From an uncultured Bacilli bacterium (lineage in GTDB: Bacteria > Bacillota_I > Bacilli_A > RF39 > UBA660): a stretch of 64,000 nt of DNA. Location of the stretch: the NCBI GenBank assembly GCA_934162425.1, contig CAKPIS010000004.1:12821-76820 (forward strand), given 5' to 3'. This document shows positions 30,512 through 40,052 of the stretch, one piece after another. The stretch's first letter is position 1; the number at the start of each line of letters is the position of its first letter. The notes beneath the pieces were generated by a model. The model was not told the DNA's origin and ran no database searches. It saw only the letters and a list, made by a program, of their open reading frames with translations. A program made the position numbers and the translations under genes.

Positions 30512-31132
30512 CTATTTAATTTTTAATACTTTTTTCATATAGCATTTTCCACATAAAGGTACATACTCATATTTTTCTTTTTTACCATCTATAATGCATT
30601 CATCACCTTTTAGAGTAAATCTTTTGTTTACTTTTCTTGCATTAAATCTTGCTTTAACACCACATGAACATATTGTTTCTAATTCTTTAAACTTATCAGC
30701 TAGTTCAAATATTCTTTTTGAACCTTCAAAAAACTCTGACTTAAAATTAGTTTTAAGTCCAAAACAAATAACTGAAATATTATGTTTTTTAGATATTATC
30801 CATATTTCTTCTACTTGTTTTTTTGTTAAAAACTGAGCTTCATCTACTAAAATTGCATCAGCTTTTAATATACTTTTAATGTATTTATCACAAAGTAAAC
30901 TTTCATTTTCTAATAATTTAATATCTACTTTTCTTTTAGGACCAATTCTTGATACTAAGTAATCTTCTCCTTTAGTATCAATAGAAGGCTTTATCAAAAC
31001 AACTTTTTTATTATTTTCTTCATAATTATAAGCCATTTGCAAAAGTGCCATACTTTTACCTGAGTTCATTGGTCCATATCTAAATTCTAGATTTGCCACT
31101 ACGCACCTCACATTATTTTTTATTTGGAACAA
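30512..31132 (-). CDS. tdk: Thymidine kinase
   Basis: P-loop GPMNSGKS and a C-terminal Cys4 zinc ribbon. The true start is probably GTG near 31098 (VANLEF..., RBS GAGGTG), which would remove the overlap with serS. Confidence 0.85.
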   Translation of the reverse strand: MFQIKNNVRCVVANLEFRYGPMNSGKSMALLQMAYNYEENNKKVVLIKPSIDTKGEDYLVSRIGPKRKVDIKLLENESLLCDKYIKSILKADAILVDEAQFLTKKQVEEIWIISKKHNISVICFGLKTNFKSEFFEGSKRIFELADKFKELETICSCGVKARFNARKVNKRFTLKGDECIIDGKKEKYEYVPLCGKCYMKKVLKIK

Positions 31133-32405
31133 TTACGCTTTTTCCACCCATATAAGGTCTTAAAACTTCTGGTATTAATACACTACCATCTTCTTGTAAA
31201 TTATTCTCTAAAAATGCTATTAACATGCGAGGTGGCGCTATAACTGTATTATTAAGTGTATGAGCAAATTCTTTAGTACCATCTTCTTTTTTATAACGAA
31301 TAAAAAGTCTTCTAGCTTGTGCATCTGTTAGATTTGAACAAGAACAAACCTCAAAATATTTTTTTTGTCTTGGACTCCATGCTTCAATATCACAAGATCT
31401 ATACTTAAGATCAGCAAGGTCACCAGAACAACAAACAAGTTTTCTAACTGGTATATCTAAACTTCTAAATAATTCTACTGAATAATTCCACATTTTATCA
31501 TACCAAGCATCACTATCTTCTTTTTTACATACAACTACCATTTCTTGTTTTTCAAATTGATGAATTCTATATATACCACGTTCTTCTATACCATGAGCTC
31601 CTACTTCTTTTCTAAAGCATGGAGAATATGAAGTCATTGTAATAGGTAAATCGCTTTCTTTTAATAATTGATCTTTAAATTTAGCTATCATAGAATGTTC
31701 TGATGTACCAATTAAATATAAGTCTTCCCCTTCTACTTTGTACATCATATTTTCTTTTTCTTCAAAAGACATAACACCATCTACTGCTGAAGATCTAATC
31801 ATATATGGTGGAATACAGTACGTAAATCCTTTATTAATCATAAAATCCCTAGCATAAGAAAGTACTGCTGAATGAAGACGTGCAATATCTCCCATTAAAT
31901 AATAAAATCCATTACCACTAACACGGCCAGCAGCTTCTTTATCAAGACCATTAAATGTAGCCATTATATCTGAATGATATGGTATTTCAAAATTAGGAAC
32001 TTTAGCTTCTCCAAATACTTGTTCTTCTACGTTTTTAGAATCATCTTCACCAATAGGTACATCATTCGCTATAATGTTTGGAATCATCATCATTTTTGTC
32101 CTTATTTCTTTTTCTAAAGCTATTTCTTCTTCCTCTAATTTTGGAATACTTTCTTTAATTAACGCAACTTCTTCTTTTATTTTATTAGCACCATCTATAT
32201 CTTTGTTACGCATAAGGTTACCAATTTCCCTGCTAAGTGTATTAATAGAACTTCTTTTTTCATCAGCTTGCGCCTTAATACTTCTGTACTTTATATCCAT
32301 ATCATATACTTCATCAACTAAAGGTAACTTTTTATCCTGAAATTTCTTTTTAATATTTTCTTTTACTAAAGCTTTATTTTCTCTTATTAGTTTAATATCT
32401 ATCAT
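31113..32405 (-). CDS. serS: Seryl-tRNA synthetase
   Basis: 430 aa. N-terminal coiled-coil and class II core motifs typical of SerRS. Confidence 0.95.
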   Translation of the reverse strand: MIDIKLIRENKALVKENIKKKFQDKKLPLVDEVYDMDIKYRSIKAQADEKRSSINTLSREIGNLMRNKDIDGANKIKEEVALIKESIPKLEEEEIALEKEIRTKMMMIPNIIANDVPIGEDDSKNVEEQVFGEAKVPNFEIPYHSDIMATFNGLDKEAAGRVSGNGFYYLMGDIARLHSAVLSYARDFMINKGFTYCIPPYMIRSSAVDGVMSFEEKENMMYKVEGEDLYLIGTSEHSMIAKFKDQLLKESDLPITMTSYSPCFRKEVGAHGIEERGIYRIHQFEKQEMVVVCKKEDSDAWYDKMWNYSVELFRSLDIPVRKLVCCSGDLADLKYRSCDIEAWSPRQKKYFEVCSCSNLTDAQARRLFIRYKKEDGTKEFAHTLNNTVIAPPRMLIAFLENNLQEDGSVLIPEVLRPYMGGKSVIVPNKK

Positions 32406-32406
32406 A

Positions 32407-32904
32407 TTACTCCATCTCCTCTAATCTATTTCTTATTTTTTCATACGAAGGAGTATATCTTTTCTCTACTCTTTCATAATCATATACAGTAGGTTCCTTT
32501 ATTCTTGATAAGTCCATGTTATTTTCTAAATCAGCCATTTTAACAACTAAAGCTTCTTTAGATGCATTCTTAATTAAATTATCAATATATTCAAAATAAG
32601 TTACCTTTTTATTTCTAGAAAGAATTATAACATCATCTACTATCTTTTTATCAAATCCTATATCAAGTAAATCTTCTTTTGTAACTTTTTTATCTTCTAT
32701 TACATCATGAAGTAGCGCAACTATTTTTTCATCTATAGTATTTACATTGCGATATACATAAAATAAGTGTAAAAGATATGGAAATCCTCCTTTATCTGTA
32801 TCATTTTTAAATAGTATTAAAGAAAGTTCTAAAGCTTTATATATACTATTATTACTCGTCTTTAATTCTTCATACTTTTCATCAGTTAAATATTCTTTTA
32901 GCAT
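32407..32904 (-). CDS. Small SpoT/Rel-type HD-domain hydrolase (small alarmone hydrolase-like)
   Basis: GGFPYLLHLFYV...VALLHDVIEDKKVTKEDL...VVKMADLENNM matches the ppGpp-hydrolase HD signature (AALLHDvvEDT, KLADRLhNm). Confidence 0.7.
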   Translation of the reverse strand: MLKEYLTDEKYEELKTSNNSIYKALELSLILFKNDTDKGGFPYLLHLFYVYRNVNTIDEKIVALLHDVIEDKKVTKEDLLDIGFDKKIVDDVIILSRNKKVTYFEYIDNLIKNASKEALVVKMADLENNMDLSRIKEPTVYDYERVEKRYTPSYEKIRNRLEEME

Positions 32905-32914
32905 AACATTCTCC

Positions 32915-33160
32915 TTATTTATTTTTAGTTTCTATATTTTGTTCTTCAAATCTATATTTTTGTTTTACGTTTGGATATTTTTCATGGTCTACTTCACTTA
33001 AAAACATATCAAGTGGTCTAACATATAGTTCTAAAGAGCCATGTAATCCTCTATATAAAACTAACTTTTCTTTTGTCTCAGAATGAATTACTGTATCTAT
33101 TACTAAGTAATAATCTCCTTTAAAGTGTTTGTAAATTGTGTTTTTTTGTAATTTTCTCAT
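32915..33160 (-). CDS. DUF1653-like small protein
   Basis: [11 protein letters not shown] motif, 81 aa. Confidence 0.5.
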   Translation of the reverse strand: MRKLQKNTIYKHFKGDYYLVIDTVIHSETKEKLVLYRGLHGSLELYVRPLDMFLSEVDHEKYPNVKQKYRFEEQNIETKNK

Positions 33161-33163
33161 TTT

Positions 33164-33571
33164 CTATTCTCCTTTTATTTTTATTTTATACATATTTGCA
33201 TAGCTATATTTACCATCATCACTAAAAACATATTTAGTTGGAATATTAACATCACCTACGTATTTTGCATTTTGACTTTCAGCTAGCTTAATAGATGCTA
33301 TATTATCTGGAATTATAGCTAAATATAAATCATTATCATCTATTCTTCTTATGTTATCAACTAATAGTTTAAGTGCTTTTTTACCATACCCTTTATTTCT
33401 ATATTCTTCATATAAAAAGTAAGATAAATTACCAACTATACTATCATTTTCATATGTATATGAAATATGTCCTATTTCTTCTAATGTTTCATTTAAGATA
33501 ATTTTAAAATATGCTTCATTAGGAACATCTTCTAAAATAAGAGATATTATTTTATCACTTGCAAATATCAT
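33164..33571 (-). CDS. GNAT family N-acetyltransferase
   Basis: RNKGYGKKALKLL motif A. RBS GGGGGG. Confidence 0.65.
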   Translation of the reverse strand: MIFASDKIISLILEDVPNEAYFKIILNETLEEIGHISYTYENDSIVGNLSYFLYEEYRNKGYGKKALKLLVDNIRRIDDNDLYLAIIPDNIASIKLAESQNAKYVGDVNIPTKYVFSDDGKYSYANMYKIKIKGE

Positions 33572-33591
33572 TTAAATTCCCCCCAATAATT

Positions 33592-33810
33592 ATAAAAAAG
33601 AATAAGCCTATATATTGCTGGAGTGATATTAATCACGGTGCCATCACAGCTTATTCTTAATTTATTTAACGACCCATAAGTGCCGCAAATGCTTTTAACA
33701 TTTGTCTTAGAAGTAGATTCACTAAATACTATTTATCATTTCACACCATGTAATGACTCTCTTTAAAATAGAATTTTAGCTAATAGTCTTCATCAATGAT
33801 TTAAATATAT
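33592..33810 (-). promoter_or_regulatory. T-box-like leader (Ser-specific?) with terminator, heading the GNAT-DUF1653-HD-serS-tdk operon
   Basis: Leader of about 240 nt, GC-rich for this genome. It contains a K-turn-like UGAUGAAGA, a candidate specifier GAAUCUAC, and the T-box-like GUGAUGGCACCGUG. The UGGC bulge is complementary to the GCCA 3' end of tRNA-Ser. The terminator is AAGAATAAGC...GCTTATTCTTTTTT at 33592-33658. Confidence 0.5.
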
Positions 33811-33814
33811 CTTT

Positions 33815-33843
33815 ATATTATAATAAATGCTTTTAATTGTCAA
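33815..33843 (-). promoter_or_regulatory. Sigma-A promoter of the T-box leader/serS operon
   Basis: TTGACA, 17-nt spacer, TAATAT on the minus strand. Confidence 0.5.
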
Positions 33844-33852
33844 TTTATAAAA

Positions 33853-34566
33853 CTATAAATTTACGTTATGATATACTTTTTGTACATCTTCAACTTCATC
33901 TAACATAGAAAGTAATTTATCAAAGTTTTCTTTATCTTCACCTTCTAATGTAGTCATTTCATCTGGTATCATAGTAACTTCATCATAAGTAATATCAGCA
34001 TCTTTTTTATAATCTAAAATAGCTTCTTTTATCTTATATAAATCGCTAGGATCTCCATATATTGTTAAAGTATTATCTTCTGTTTCTATATCTTTAGCAT
34101 CTACTTCTTTCATAAGAAGTGCTTCATAAGCTTCATCTTCTGTTAAATCTTTAACCATAACAACAGCTAAATTTTCATACATATGAGATACACATCCCTT
34201 TGCTCCCATCTTAGCTTTAGACTTAGTAAATGCATTTCTAACTAAACTTACTGTTCTATTAACGTTATCTGTTAAACAATCTACTATAACAGTTGCACCA
34301 CCAGATGCAAAACCCTCATATCTAGCTGCCGTGTAGGATTCATCTACACCACTATTTACCTTATCAATTGCTCTTTTAATAACATCAGCTGGAACTTGCT
34401 CTTTTTTTGCCTTTTCAATTAAATGTCTTAATGTCAAATTACCATTAGGATCTGTTCCACCTTGTTTTGCAACACTATATATTTCTTTTGCATAACTTGA
34501 ATATATTTTAGCCTTAGCTTGACCAGTTTTAGCTTTACTAGCTGCTATATTAGGAAATCTTCCCAT
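33853..34566 (-). CDS. yebC: YebC/PmpR family transcriptional regulator
   Basis: 237 aa. The MGRFPNIAASKAKTGQAKAK N-terminus is typical of YebC. Confidence 0.9.
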   Translation of the reverse strand: MGRFPNIAASKAKTGQAKAKIYSSYAKEIYSVAKQGGTDPNGNLTLRHLIEKAKKEQVPADVIKRAIDKVNSGVDESYTAARYEGFASGGATVIVDCLTDNVNRTVSLVRNAFTKSKAKMGAKGCVSHMYENLAVVMVKDLTEDEAYEALLMKEVDAKDIETEDNTLTIYGDPSDLYKIKEAILDYKKDADITYDEVTMIPDEMTTLEGEDKENFDKLLSMLDEVEDVQKVYHNVNL

Positions 34567-34626
34567 TTAAATCACCATCCAATAAGTATATTCTACTTTA
34601 TTTTATGCTATTTTTCAAGGGTTAAA

Positions 34627-36648
34627 TTATAAAGAATTATTATAAACTATAAGTTCATGCTGACATCTAGTTAATACAACATAATATAAATACTTTTCTC
34701 TTTTAGTATATAAGTTATTTTTGCTAGTATATGATATTACAGAATCAAATTCTAATCCCTTAGATAAATAACTTGGTATTATAATTAAATCTCTGTTAAA
34801 TTTAGATGAATTATTTGTAACTAAGCTTATATCTTTATAAACATCTTTTAACAAATCATATAACCTTACAGCATATAACATATCTTTAGTAATTATTGCA
34901 AGTGATTTATATTTATTCTTTAAGTAATTTATATCATTTTTTAAGTATTTATCATCATCTCTTTTTATTACTGGTACACTTTCTTCTTTTCTTATTGCAC
35001 TTACATGCTTTAAATTAAGTATTTTATTAGTAAACTCTATTATTTCTTTAGAAGAACGATAAGTTTTAGAAAGTTCTACGTATTTTGTATTACCATCTAA
35101 TATATTTTTTAATACTTCTAAGCTGTCATATTTTTGATATGGATTTATCGTTTGATTAACATCTCCTAGCAAAGTAAAAGAAGCTCTTTTAAATATCTTA
35201 GTTAAAATAATGTACTGCATTTCATTATAATCTTGTGCCTCATCTATTACTACTTGTTTAATTAAGTTACTGTATGGAAAACCATTTAATAAACCTTTTA
35301 GATATATAAAGCAAAGAGCATCATCATAATTAATTACTTTACTATTTAATTTTAGACTAATAGATTTATTAAAAGAAGAACTAAATGAATCACTTATAAA
35401 TAAATCTTTATATAATTTTTTGTAATCTGGTTTGATGCTTAATACTTCTTTTATTTTCTTTGTAATACTTATTTTATCTTTTTTTGATATTAAGCCTAAT
35501 TTATTACATAAATGTTCAGCTATATAATCCATTCTTTCAAATATAGGCATCTTATTATATCTATCTTTTAATAAGTAATTTAAATATTCTTTTTCTATTA
35601 AAGAAAACTTAGTTTCTATATTATCTATAATTTTTATATTTTTATCTATTTCTTGTACGTAATTTTCTATAACTTTAATCATTTTATTTGATAGCTTAAA
35701 TCTAATTAAGTCTTCATCATCTCTTTTATTTGTATAATATTTTTCAATAAAGCCTGAAAATGATTCTACGCTTTTAAACTCTTTTATATAATGACTTGCA
35801 AACTCACTAAACGTTGTTTCACTAGTATTTTCTTCTCCTAACTCTGGAAGTACGTTTGATATATATTCTGAAAATATTTTATTAGGTGAAAAGATAAGTA
35901 CGTTTGATGATTTTAAGTTCTTTATTTTATATAGTAAAAAGGCTATTCTATGAAGTGCAACAGATGTTTTACCAGAGCCTGCTATTCCTTGCACTATTAA
36001 ATTTTTATTTGATATATTTCTTATTATTTCATTTTGTTCTTGTTGTATGGTATTTACTATGTTTTTCATTTTATCTGAAGAAGATGAACTTAACACTTCT
36101 TGAAGCATATCATCTACTATGTTTAAATTGTTATCAAATACTCTAAGTAATTTTTTACCTTCTATTTTATATTGTCTTTTAAGCAGAATTTCTCCTTTTA
36201 TTTCACCATCTGGTGCAGTATATTTAGCTTTTCCTTTAGAATAATCATAAAATAGTGATGCAATAGGACTTCTCCAATCGTAAATGATATAGTTTAAGTC
36301 TTTTTCTACGTTAGCTATTCCAATGTATACCTTTCTTGTATCTAAATTATCTTCTTTAAAGTCTATTCTTCCAAAATAAGGACTATATTCTAACTTTAAT
36401 AATTTTCTATAGTAATTCATTTTAGTTAGTACAAAATTTGCTTCTAGTTGTGAAGACATTAATTCAGTTTGCATCTCAACTCCATCAATACTTCCTCTGT
36501 TTTCCCATAAGACTTTTTTAAATTCTGTTATTTTTTCGTTTTTAACATGAATTTCTTTACCTAAAATATCTATTTTTTTAGATATTTCCTCTGTTGCAAA
36601 CTCTAGATAGTCTTTTTCTTGCTTTATATCATTATTAGATAAAGCCAT
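34627..36648 (-). CDS. helD: UvrD-like DNA helicase, HelD (helicase IV)-like
   Basis: Walker A GIAGSGKTSVALHRIAFLL. Size about 673 aa. ATG 36648 has an AAAGGA RBS. The ORF track starts at TTG 36678. Confidence 0.7.
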   Translation of the reverse strand: MALSNNDIKQEKDYLEFATEEISKKIDILGKEIHVKNEKITEFKKVLWENRGSIDGVEMQTELMSSQLEANFVLTKMNYYRKLLKLEYSPYFGRIDFKEDNLDTRKVYIGIANVEKDLNYIIYDWRSPIASLFYDYSKGKAKYTAPDGEIKGEILLKRQYKIEGKKLLRVFDNNLNIVDDMLQEVLSSSSSDKMKNIVNTIQQEQNEIIRNISNKNLIVQGIAGSGKTSVALHRIAFLLYKIKNLKSSNVLIFSPNKIFSEYISNVLPELGEENTSETTFSEFASHYIKEFKSVESFSGFIEKYYTNKRDDEDLIRFKLSNKMIKVIENYVQEIDKNIKIIDNIETKFSLIEKEYLNYLLKDRYNKMPIFERMDYIAEHLCNKLGLISKKDKISITKKIKEVLSIKPDYKKLYKDLFISDSFSSSFNKSISLKLNSKVINYDDALCFIYLKGLLNGFPYSNLIKQVVIDEAQDYNEMQYIILTKIFKRASFTLLGDVNQTINPYQKYDSLEVLKNILDGNTKYVELSKTYRSSKEIIEFTNKILNLKHVSAIRKEESVPVIKRDDDKYLKNDINYLKNKYKSLAIITKDMLYAVRLYDLLKDVYKDISLVTNNSSKFNRDLIIIPSYLSKGLEFDSVISYTSKNNLYTKREKYLYYVVLTRCQHELIVYNNSL

Positions 36649-36789
36649 TTTATCACATCCTTTCTTTTTGGCAAGCAAAAAAGCCGGATATTTCTATCCA
36701 GTAGGTATATTAATACACACAATTTTGCAAACCGTCAATTTAATTATATCTGTTTTATGATTAATTACAAGAAAAAAAGATAAAATTAT

Positions 36790-37446
36790 TTACCTTTTTA
36801 TTTCTATACCACCAAACATACATGTAGCATTAACATAAATTGTTTTATTTTTAGGATTATTTTTATTATTAGATTTATTTTCTATACCACCAAACATACT
36901 AGATGATTTAGTAACTATGTTTACATTTTCTGGAACTGCTATATCAATTCCACCAAATATAGCATAGCAATCAATTACTACATCTGTTTTTAAATTAATA
37001 TCTTTTAAGTTAAGTTCTACTCCTCCAAATACAGCATAGCAAGAAGTTCCTTTAAAATTATCATCATCTATTTTTTCTTTGGTACCACCAAAAATTCCTT
37101 TGTAATTAAAATCTTTGTTGTAAGTAATTTTTTTACTATTATTTTTTTTCTTTACCGATGATAAAACAAATGATAGACCAATTGCTATTAATATGATAGC
37201 AACTGTAATTTTGGAATCAACTTTAGGTATAACATCTAAACCTGATAGTAAGTATAATATACCTATTATAACTAGTGCTATGTTAAATATATCTATTTTC
37301 TTAAATTTAACTGTACTATTGATTCCTAATGCTATTAATATTATAGGCCATATAACATCCCAATCTAAATTAATATTGAATCCTGGTATTAAAAATTTAA
37401 GTAAAAAATAAATTCCTAATAAAATTAAAACTATTCCAATAATCAT
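36790..37446 (-). CDS. LiaF-like (DUF2154) membrane protein
   Basis: N-terminal TM segments plus repeated C-terminal FGG(V/I)E motifs (VFGGVELNL, IFGGIDIAV, MFGGIENK, MFGGIEIKR). Confidence 0.55.
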   Translation of the reverse strand: MIIGIVLILLGIYFLLKFLIPGFNINLDWDVIWPIILIALGINSTVKFKKIDIFNIALVIIGILYLLSGLDVIPKVDSKITVAIILIAIGLSFVLSSVKKKNNSKKITYNKDFNYKGIFGGTKEKIDDDNFKGTSCYAVFGGVELNLKDINLKTDVVIDCYAIFGGIDIAVPENVNIVTKSSSMFGGIENKSNNKNNPKNKTIYVNATCMFGGIEIKR

Positions 37447-37511
37447 ATAACTTACCTCCTATTTAAATAATACTATATTTTTAAAGAAAAAGAAATCCTA
37501 AAAAGGACTTC

Positions 37512-38561
37512 TTATATATTATATTTTAATTCTCCCATACGTGATGTTGGTACAAAGCCTGGTTCTGCTTTTATTACATCAGGTATTCTATTTACGATAC
37601 TTGCACAAGTAAGTTCTACTGTGTTTGGTTTATCAATTACCATTGTAGTGTCTTTATCTGCGCATACAGTCCATATGTTTCTATCATATTCATCTTTATT
37701 GTATACTTTACCTATGCATTCTGTTTCAAGTGTTATGCCTTCTTTAGTTTCTGTTGTTACAACAGCACTCATTCCAGTTGCCATACCAGTTTTAACAGTC
37801 ATATTAAGTGTACTTGATTCTATGTCATAGCTATTAAATTGTGGAACACATTTTTGCTTTTGGCTAACAACTGTAAGTCCTAGTTTGTCACATAACCATC
37901 CATTAACATTCCACATGTATGATGGTGCGTATTTTCCACTTTCTATTATTTTGTTTCTTTCTTCATCAGATATTTCATCTGCTGATGCAATTTGATCTTC
38001 AAATTCTTCCTTTGTAAGTCCAGCTCCATGAGCTTTAGCTAGTGCTATACCATAGTCTTCTACATTGTATGAAGAACTTCCTTTAATTTTTGTTATATTA
38101 TGACTTGCTCCTGCTATGCAAGAAATTAAATTACCCCAAAATGCATCTTGGTAACCACTTCCCGTTATTGTACAATTGTTCTTTTTAGCAAGTTCATCGA
38201 TTTTTTTTGTTAAAGTTGGATTAGAATTCATTGGGTAAAATGCTTCTTCACATGTTGTTATTGCATTTATACCTAATTTTGCACATAAAAGAAGTGCATC
38301 TTTTGTATCTTCTAACAAGCTCATAGTAGTTACTATTACGCAGTCGGGTTTTAAGCTTTTAAGTAAGTCCTCTGCGTCATTTACGCTGCTTACTAAAACT
38401 CCCATATTATCCTTTCCAATTATTTGTCCTATATCTTTTCCAATTACATCTTCATTAATATCTACTGCGCCTACAATTTTAGCACCATTTTCTAATACGT
38501 AACGCATAGTGTAAACGCTCATTTTTCCACAGCCATATTGAAATATTTTTAAATCTTTCAT
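37512..38561 (-). CDS. NAD(P)-dependent amine dehydrogenase family (DapB-like N-terminus; 2,4-diaminopentanoate dehydrogenase-like)
   Basis: Rossmann motif YGCGKMS at the N-terminus, about 349 aa. Start MKDLK has an AAAGGTAGGA RBS. Confidence 0.5.
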   Translation of the reverse strand: MKDLKIFQYGCGKMSVYTMRYVLENGAKIVGAVDINEDVIGKDIGQIIGKDNMGVLVSSVNDAEDLLKSLKPDCVIVTTMSLLEDTKDALLLCAKLGINAITTCEEAFYPMNSNPTLTKKIDELAKKNNCTITGSGYQDAFWGNLISCIAGASHNITKIKGSSSYNVEDYGIALAKAHGAGLTKEEFEDQIASADEISDEERNKIIESGKYAPSYMWNVNGWLCDKLGLTVVSQKQKCVPQFNSYDIESSTLNMTVKTGMATGMSAVVTTETKEGITLETECIGKVYNKDEYDRNIWTVCADKDTTMVIDKPNTVELTCASIVNRIPDVIKAEPGFVPTSRMGELKYNI

Positions 38562-38661
38562 GTTTTTTCCTACCTTTCTATTAATAGTATAGCACATATT
38601 TTTTAGCTGAAAAAGAGGATTAAATCCATCGTTTACATGGTATTTACAAAATGTATAAAAA

Positions 38662-38690
38662 AAAGAACAATTTAGATTGCTCTTAAGTTT
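38662..38690 (-). terminator. Intrinsic terminator after tRNA-Ser
   Basis: AAGAGCAAT...ATTGTTCTT stem plus T9 on the minus strand. Confidence 0.5.
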
Positions 38691-38699
38691 TATAATATA

Positions 38700-38790
38700 T
38701 GGCGGAGTGAGAGGGATTTGAACCCTCGCGCCAGTTGCCCAGCCTACACCCTTAGCAGGGGCGCCTCTTCAGCCTCTTGAGTATCACTCC
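38700..38790 (-). tRNA. tRNA-Ser (anticodon GCU), long variable arm, CCA encoded
   Basis: Reverse complement folds as GGAGTGA...CTGCTAA loop...long variable arm...GGTTCAAATCC...TCACTCCGCCA. Length 91 nt. Confidence 0.9.
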
Positions 38791-38856
38791 AGCTCAACAT
38801 AAACAATTTTACACTATATTGTTTATTTGGTCAAGTTTATTATTATAAATTCTTAA

Positions 38857-39741
38857 TTATTCATCATATTTAATATGATTTATAACTTTGTATAATTTAG
38901 AAATTTTCTTTTTGTTTTCTTCATTATCAAAATATTTTTTTACTTTTCTTTTACTTTTTTCATCTATTTGGTACTTAATATAGCATTCTATAATTGGTTC
39001 TAAAAAATATGAGCTATTACCACAAAAACCAATCAATGAGTATAAATCATCTTCAATATCATTTATGGTTTCTATTGCTCTTTCATCTATTTTTTGATTA
39101 TTTAAAATTAAGTACTTATTATATAAGTAATAATTTTCTATAATGTTTAACATAACAAGTTCATAATTTTCAAAATTTTCTTCATGAAGTTCAATTAATT
39201 TTTCTGCTGTATACATAATTGTATTATCAAGAGCTTCTTTTTTTGTATCGGTTAGTTCACTAAAAATATCATACTGATCAAATATTTCATCTACTGTAAA
39301 AATATTGTAATGAACAATATCAAGTATATGACATGGAAAAATTTTTGTTAAATATGACTTTTTATCATATGAGGCATTTATATATTCTCTTCTAGTATCA
39401 TAATCTAGAAGTACAAAATTATAATTATAATCAAGCAAAATTAATAAGTCATTTATGCTCATTTTATCAATATAATCATCAATATTATCTATTTTTTCAC
39501 ATAATTTTATTTTTTCTTTATATTCTTTATTGTTTGGTCTAAATTTAGCTTCTTCTCTTAGACAAATATAAGATGCCGAAAGTAAAAGTCCTACTATATA
39601 TTTTGAAAAATCACTTTTGTCTTTTAATTTTTCATACATGCTATTAATTACACTATTATACTCTACTTCATCGGCTGAAATCGAATCGTATAAGACTGAT
39701 AAGTCATTTCTTACGTTGTCATTTATTTTTACTACTTTCAT
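38857..39741 (-). CDS. Hypothetical protein
   Basis: 294-aa ORF wedged between tRNA-Ser and a six-tRNA cluster. No motifs recognised. Confidence 0.4.
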   Translation of the reverse strand: MKVVKINDNVRNDLSVLYDSISADEVEYNSVINSMYEKLKDKSDFSKYIVGLLLSASYICLREEAKFRPNNKEYKEKIKLCEKIDNIDDYIDKMSINDLLILLDYNYNFVLLDYDTRREYINASYDKKSYLTKIFPCHILDIVHYNIFTVDEIFDQYDIFSELTDTKKEALDNTIMYTAEKLIELHEENFENYELVMLNIIENYYLYNKYLILNNQKIDERAIETINDIEDDLYSLIGFCGNSSYFLEPIIECYIKYQIDEKSKRKVKKYFDNEENKKKISKLYKVINHIKYDE

Positions 39742-39824
39742 ACAAAACTCCCTTGTTTTTATAATAACATATATTTATGTTTTTTGTTATATATATTTTA
39801 TGCAAAAGGAATTTTTTTTAGCAT

Positions 39825-39860
39825 AATAAAACCTTGTTTTTTAATTAAAACAAGGTATTT
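39825..39860 (-). terminator. Intrinsic terminator of the tRNA cluster
   Basis: ACCTTGTTTT/AAAACAAGGT stem followed by a T-rich tract on the minus strand. Confidence 0.5.
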
Positions 39861-39868
39861 ATTACAAA

Positions 39869-39957
39869 TGGTGCCCGAGGCCGGACTTGAACCGGCACGA
39901 GGTATGAATCTCGCAGGATTTTAAGTCCTGTGCGTCTACCAATTCCGCCACTCGGGC
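39869..39957 (-). tRNA. tRNA-Leu (anticodon UAA)
   Basis: Long variable arm, anticodon loop CTTAAAA, CCA encoded. Length 89 nt. Confidence 0.85.
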
Positions 39958-39961
39958 AACA

Positions 39962-40037
39962 TGGTGTCCAGTACGCGACTTGAACGCGTGACCCTCTGAT
40001 TAAAAGTCAGATGCTCTACCGACTGAGCTAACTGGAC
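39962..40037 (-). tRNA. tRNA-Lys (anticodon UUU)
   Basis: Anticodon loop CTTTTAA. Length 76 nt. CCA encoded. Confidence 0.85.
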
Positions 40038-40052
40038 ATACTACAAAAATTT

